Source of the DNA: Octopus bimaculoides
Taxonomy: Eukaryota
Direction: 5' to 3'
Length of the DNA: 52,044 nucleotides
NCBI RefSeq assembly: GCF_001194135.2
Contig: NC_068986.1
Coordinates: forward strand, 83,472,602-83,524,645
Part shown: positions 46,446-52,044 of the stretch, piece after piece
Numbering within the stretch: position 1 is the first letter of the stretch
Layout: each line of letters opens with the position of its first letter
Made by a program: the position numbers and the translations under genes
Notes under the pieces: model-generated
The model's database searches: none
Told to the model about the DNA's origin: nothing
The model's input: the letters and a program-made list of their open reading frames with translations, nothing else

Positions 46446-46628
46446 TTTCCACAATAGGCGCAAGGCCTGAAATTGTGGGGGAGGGGGCTAGTTAATTACA
46501 TTCATCGACCCCGAAAGGATGAAAGGCAAAGTTGACCTCGGCGGAATTTGAACTCAGAACGTAAAGATGGGACGAAATACCGCTAAGCATTTCGCCCGGC
46601 GTGCTAACAATTCTGCTAACTTGCCACC

Positions 46629-46666
<38 letters not shown>

Positions 46667-47076
46667 TTCTATTATAGGCACAATGACTAAAATTTATGGG
46701 GAAGGGGATAGCCGATTACATCGACCCCAGTATTTCACTGGTACTTAATTTATCGACCTCGAAAGGAGGAAAGGTAAAGTCAACCTCGGTAGAATTTGAA
46801 CTCAGAACGTAAAGACAGACGAAATGCCGCATGGCATTTTGTCCGGCGCAATAACGATTTTGCCAAGCTCGCCGCCTTAATATAAATAATAATGGTTTCA
46901 TTTCAGGGAAGGGGAAAAGTCGATTACACATCTCCAGTGTTCAACTGGTATTTATTTTATCGATGTCGATAGGATGACCAGCAAAGTGAACCTCGGCGGA
47001 ATTTGAACTCATGTTGGAAGAAATGGCGCTAAGCATTTTGTCCGACGCTCTAAAACTTCTGCCAGGTCGCCGCTTT
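46446..47076 (-). mobile_element. Three tandem family A SINEs (46446-46630, 46666-46878, ~46893-47076) separated by (AAT)n
   Basis: Core gaccccgaaaggatgaaaggcaaagttgacctcggcggaatttgaactc recurs three times. Confidence 0.88.
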
Positions 47077-47194
47077 AACGACGACAGCAACAATAATACG
47101 ATAATGATGATGATCATCATTACCATGATAATGATGATGATGATGGTGATGATGATGAAGATGGTGATGATGACAACAATGGTAATGATGATGA

Positions 47195-47366
47195 AAGAAG
47201 AAGAAGAAGAAGAAGAAGAAGAAGAAGAAGAAGAAGAAAAGGAAGAAGAAGAAAAGGAAGAAGAAGAAGAAGAAGAAGAAGAAGAAGAAGAAGAAGAAGA
47301 AGAAGAAGAAGAAGAATAAAAAGAAGAAGAAGAAGAAGAAGAAGAAGAAGAAGAAGAAGAAGAAGA
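47195..47366. repeat. (GAA)n microsatellite preceded by a degenerate (GAT)n tract
   Basis: Direct observation. Confidence 0.95.
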
Positions 47367-47661
47367 GGTGATGAGAAAGCTTTGGGGTTTTGCACTAACT
47401 TCCCACAAAAAAGCTTTGCAACTAAACAAAAGGTGAATATTAACTGAATGATGAGCAAAAAGTAATTATTTTTATCATTTCATTTGCGGCTGCACTTAAA
47501 TACACTATTAATATAATCGTTTGGAAAATAAATGAACCGAAAATATAGGAAAACAAGTAAAAAAAAAATCCTATGCATCTGAGAATCAGTATTACGCAGC
47601 TACACAGGAGAAAGATGCATTCGAATAGAAAATTACTATTTAATAAACACCGGTTTATTAA

Positions 47662-48560
47662 ATAGGAATGCACCGGTTGTTTGAGAACAAACTTTAATGG
47701 ACCATAAATAGAAGACGACCTAACGTAATGTTACGCGACATGTGCCAAATATTAACTTACTCATTTCTTTTCTGACGTATCGACGACTTCAGTGTGACAG
47801 ATTCTAATCTGATAGAGGAAATGAAGAAGCACCCCATGCTTGTGATTCAGCCTGCTGATTACAGTGATTTGGTGATCGTCGGTTTCTTGAATATGACTGG
47901 GTCTTTCCTGTTTAGGGTTGGGAAAGATGTTGTGGAGATCTCTAGCTATAATGCGTCCTCTGTGATTAACAAAGAAATTAATAAGTGGTAAGACGTTGCC
48001 AGGACAGTCGTGTCCGCCGAGCCGATACAGGACGTCATCAACAAAATCCCAGCTAGAAGATGAGAGCCATTGCTTCGCAGCTCAAAGTGGCAGAATCCAC
48101 TATCAGCGGTGTGGTGCACGATGATATCATCAATATGTTGTATACAATGAGGACAGTACAGTTCGTGTTCTGCAAAATTCGGGAAAAAGAAAACGTATGA
48201 TCATGTGGCCTCAAACATCAGCTTCCTAGCTCTCCTGATTTGAAATTCCGTAACTGCTGCGTCTGGAGTGTCGTCGTGAGTAAGAGAGCACGGCCAGCAG
48301 ACCTTCACTGCCAAAGGCACGTTGGGGGCTGCCGTCGTAGGCACAATGGGTGGTATGGATAGGGGCCACCTGATCCTCGCATGCAGTTGCTTTCGAAGCA
48401 ACAACGAAGTCGTCATTGAAGCTAGGTGGGGGTCGGTTTTGTTGAATGGTTTTTCTCTGTAGTGTATCTGTTTGAACTTGTGCGTCGGTCTTGCAGTTTT
48501 CTTTTGTGTTTTGTTTCGTTCATGGTTGCTTTTACAATAATATTTCAAACATACCCTCAG
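47662..48560 (+). mobile_element. Tc1/mariner maT-like element, internally deleted and decayed
   Basis: 5' end TAGGAATGCACCGGTTGTTTGAGAACAAACTTTAAT matches the TIR at 7749. Translation MKKHPMLV..SDLVIVGFLN, ASQLKVAESTISGVVHDDI, PSSPDL..CVWSVV, DRGHLILACSCFRS..VIEA. Confidence 0.75.
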
Positions 48561-48735
48561 AAATCATGGAGAAGATTTTTGCCAGATTTTTTAATAGTAA
48601 TTATGCCATTGCAATTAATCTTATTGTCTGAAGTTTCATCTTTTTTTTTTTTTTAACACAAATGCCGACTAAGTAAAACAGTCTTCAATTAAGCTATATC
48701 CTCACTGTTTCATTACGGTGTTGAGCTGTACTCCC

Positions 48736-48885
48736 AAGTGGCATAGCTAGTATGCGCCGCCCGAAGTTTGCTCCCCACCCCACGATCCCCCACAACATAT
48801 TGCACAGATTCAAAAATGCCGACTCCATAAACGCGTCGTCCGGAACGGATCGTCTATCGCTTGCCCCTACATAGTTACGCTACTG
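48736..48885. mobile_element. hAT-type MITE, 150 bp
   Basis: (C/A)AGTGGCATAGCTA..TAGTTACGCTACTG termini; 8-bp flanks GTACTCCC/GTTCTCTC (6/8). Confidence 0.6.
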
Positions 48886-49247
48886 GTTCTCTCTTCTTGA
48901 TATCTGTATACAATTTGATAGACTGATTGATTTGTCGAAACACAACCCAATGCTGGTGCTGAGATACGAGTACCTCTGGCAACTCGATACAAATTTAGAA
49001 TACTAATTCTGAAATCTTGCGAACTAGACTGATATGTAGCCGTCGGTGTCTGACCTTAGGTTAAATTTGATTGGGCAGACCAATGAGCTGAAGCATTCCA
49101 GCCACGACCACTCCATCTCTTTAATAGTAAGTGTGACTGCATTATTTAAAGTGTCTTGTCCTCATATAAGATGGCAGGATGTGATTGAGGGAGAATTGAC
49201 TGTTATTTCTTGTAGGTGGAGCGATTATGTAGAGGTTTCCATATTCG

Positions 49248-49627
49248 TGGCACTCCGTCGGTTACGACGATGAGGGTTCCAGTCGATTCGATCAACAGAA
49301 CAGTCTGCTCGTGAAATTAACGTGCAAGTGGCTGAGCACTTCACAGACACGTGTACCCTTAACGTAGTTCTCGGGGAGATTCAGCGCGACGACACAGAGT
49401 GTGACAAGGCTGCCCTTTGAAATACAAGTACAGTAGAAACAGGAAAAAAAAGTGAGAGAAAGTTGTGGGGAAAGAGTACAGCAGGGTTCGTCACCACCCA
49501 CTGCCGGAGCCTGACGGAGCTTTTAGGTGTTTTCGCTCAATAAACACTCAACGCCCGTTCTGGGAATCGAAACCGCGATCCTACGACCGCTAGTCCGCTG
49601 ACCTAACCACTGGGCCATTGCGCCTCC
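49248..49627 (-). mobile_element. SINE family C, full length
   Basis: Homologous to 23042-23414 with intact A- and B-boxes. Confidence 0.92.
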
Positions 49628-50984
49628 TCACAGGTTTCCACTTTACCTCGTAGTCATTTGTTGTTGTTATCTACCTCTCGGTTATCTCTGACTCAATAAG
49701 CCTATAATTATAGATGTTACTGCCGTGACTATCCCATCCTTTAAGTCTAGTGTAGTGTACCTTAGACATCATTAACAAATATAATCTTTCTCTTTTTAAG
49801 ACTACAGAGTTGGTTGCTATTTACAACTGCAAGGATTCCACGTTCGGCTTGCTGCTGCTGCTGCTGTTTCACTGGTACTATACTGTTGTTAATGTCAATA
49901 TCGTTGCTCCGCTCAGGTCACCCTTGATCAAATGGACCTTTGATCAAAGGCATTTCAACCAAATTTGGAGGAAAATTGTCTGCTATTTTTCGTAGCTCTA
50001 GCGGCCACATTAAAATTTCTTGTTGGTCACTGTTATTTATAACGATGCTGTTGTTTTTGCTGTTGTTGTTATTGTGTTTGTTATCATTGTGGCCATTGTT
50101 AAACTAAGTGAAGGCAGCCAAATGGTGTGTAACTCTTAAGTTAGGGTTTGCTTAATGCATGTGAAGACTGGATCCGACGGACTTTGCGGAAGAAACCTTC
50201 ATGGTTCAGCGGAGTGAAAGGCGGTTGCAGCAATGCATTGTGGAGTGCAGAGAGCAAGATAAGGAAAGTAAGACGTCTTGGTCATCCACTGTTTCCGTTT
50301 CTATCTCCAGTCATCTTGACTGGTCTTGCCACTAGATTGAAGATGGCCACGGGCGAGAGAATGAGGTTGATGGGGTTAAACTCTTCTTCATTTTGTTTAA
50401 AATCACCGCACAAGTCATCAGTCATCCCTAGGAATGATTGGATGGTCTTCATCGTTTCAACAGATGAACATATGTTGTTGTTTAGCTCCAGATCAACCCT
50501 TATCTAACTGCAATGTGATCAAAGGCGTTCCAACCAAGGTCAAGACCAAGCTGTCTATTTCTTTAACTTCCCACCCCCTGCTACATATATTGTATCTAAG
50601 ACAACGTTATCGAACAACTTCCTTTATTATTTAGAAAACGGTTAGATTGTGATTTAAGTGATATTTGAATGCTCTTATGCTCTTTTCTTTCAAGTCGAAT
50701 GACAACATACAGGACACCTTGTTGATCCGCTGGTAATTCCTCTGTTTTTTTTCTTCTAACAGAGCTATAGCTCTTATGTTATTATTTAGCCCAGGTCAGC
50801 ACTGCTCGAGGGAAACGCGTCTCAGTAATGACCATCATCGTTTTTTTTTAATTGAAACAATATATCTAAGAAGTTATCTGATGTGTCCTATATGTTTTTT
50901 TCTTAAGATGTAGAGTAGAGTATTGTAGCTTGCTTGGAGCATTGTGACAAAGAACAGTGAAGACGGAGAGCTTACAATGTGAAA

Positions 50985-51075
50985 AGGTTATAGTTCAATA
51001 AACTTTATATATTAAGGCAGTGTTCCTGCATGGCCGCAGTCAAATGACTGAAATAAGTAAAAGAATAAAAGAATA
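50985..51075 (+). mobile_element. SINE family B, tail fragment
   Basis: aaggcagtgttcctgcatggccgcagtcaaatgactgaaataagtaaaagaataaaagaata. Confidence 0.75.
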
Positions 51076-51693
51076 TTTCAGGTACAAAGACCCATCATTA
51101 GAAGAAACGGATTTTGTGCCTAAAATATATAAAGGTTATTAAACCATTTTTTTATCGCATTGTAAGAAACTGCCCGTCTTCACTATTTTATTATTTTTCA
51201 TGTAGAGTGTGAATGTTGGTTTGGCTGCTCTTTCTAGCAGATTGGGCGATTACGTAGTGGCTCCATTAGCTGGTGCTGCTCATTACTGGTGGGAGGGGAT
51301 GTTTTTAAAAACAAATCCATATCAGATAAACTGTGTGATTAATAACTGTGCACTAAATGTCGTACCTTTAAAAACATACTTGATTGTTGTCAATTGGTTA
51401 TGCCCCCCCCTCCACTGCCACCGCCACATTAAGTACACACTTGATTATGTACTCAGTGGAGGGTCATGGGTAATTTCAGATTATTTCCAAATAAAAATAA
51501 AGCTATGTTTAATTTCCACCACAAATAAATAAATCATTTCAAATTATCTCAGTTTATCAGTTGAATTAATCTGTTTGCAACGATATCAGTGTAGAAAACT
51601 TAGCAGGAATAACAAGGCATGCCGTTGCTGTTGCTGTTGTTGTTGTGATTGATGTTGCTTTTATCTTTTAGTAAGGGGGTTGGAAGGCAATGC

Positions 51694-51877
51694 CAGTAGC
51701 GTAGCCGGGGCGGAGAGGGGGATCCCGGGTGAGTGGGTGCAGCCCACCCCAGGCGACGCTTTTATAGGAGTGGCACTTTAGGGTCTACTGTATAGACCTA
51801 TATAGTTTGCTGTCCGGGGTGGGAAGATGTAAACTCAAGCGTTACCTCGGGTGATGTACGGTTAAGCTGAGCCACTG
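51694..51877. mobile_element. hAT-type MITE, 184 bp
   Basis: CAGTAGCGTAGC..GCTGAGCCACTG termini; 8-bp flanks GGCAATGC/AGTAATGT (5/8, all differences are transitions). Confidence 0.6.
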
Positions 51878-51939
51878 AGTAATGTCCATAACTCTTTACA
51901 GCCTCCAACCACTGAAACAGGTGGGAGAGAAAACCAGAG

Positions 51940-51984
51940 ATAGATAGATAGATAGATAGATAGATAAATAGACAGCAGCAGTAG

Positions 51985-52044
<60 letters not shown>
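51940..52044. repeat. (GATA)n and (GA)n microsatellites
   Basis: Direct observation. Confidence 0.95.

Overview
AT-rich, microsatellite-dense eukaryotic genomic DNA with six N-gaps. No intact host gene could be supported; most listed ORFs are simple-repeat, N-gap or transposon artefacts. The tRNA-derived SINE families look like those of octopus/cephalopod genomes (inference from recalled repeat types, not a database result). The window is a transposon graveyard: several SINE families, three 5'-truncated RTE-type LINEs, a decayed R4/Dong-like LINE, mariner (DD34D-type) and maT (DD37D) elements, a rosa-like Tc1/mariner fragment, a Buster/SPIN-type hAT, an internally deleted Helitron, MITEs, two candidate solo LTRs and two Penelope-like (PLE) GIY-YIG remnants. 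The most interesting signal is non-coding. At least three sequence-unrelated families of minimal type-I hammerhead ribozyme motifs occur (13866-13902; 19719-19748 with 12405-12450; 35267-35327 with 34881-34946). All have a very short, loop-deficient stem III (fully or quasi self-complementary in the best-preserved copies), consistent with dimer-type folding. They sit either in a ~229-bp tandem unit or in fold-back/inverted arrangements, consistent with PLE pseudo-LTRs or retrozyme-like elements. Coordinates of degenerate elements are approximate; everything was read by eye.
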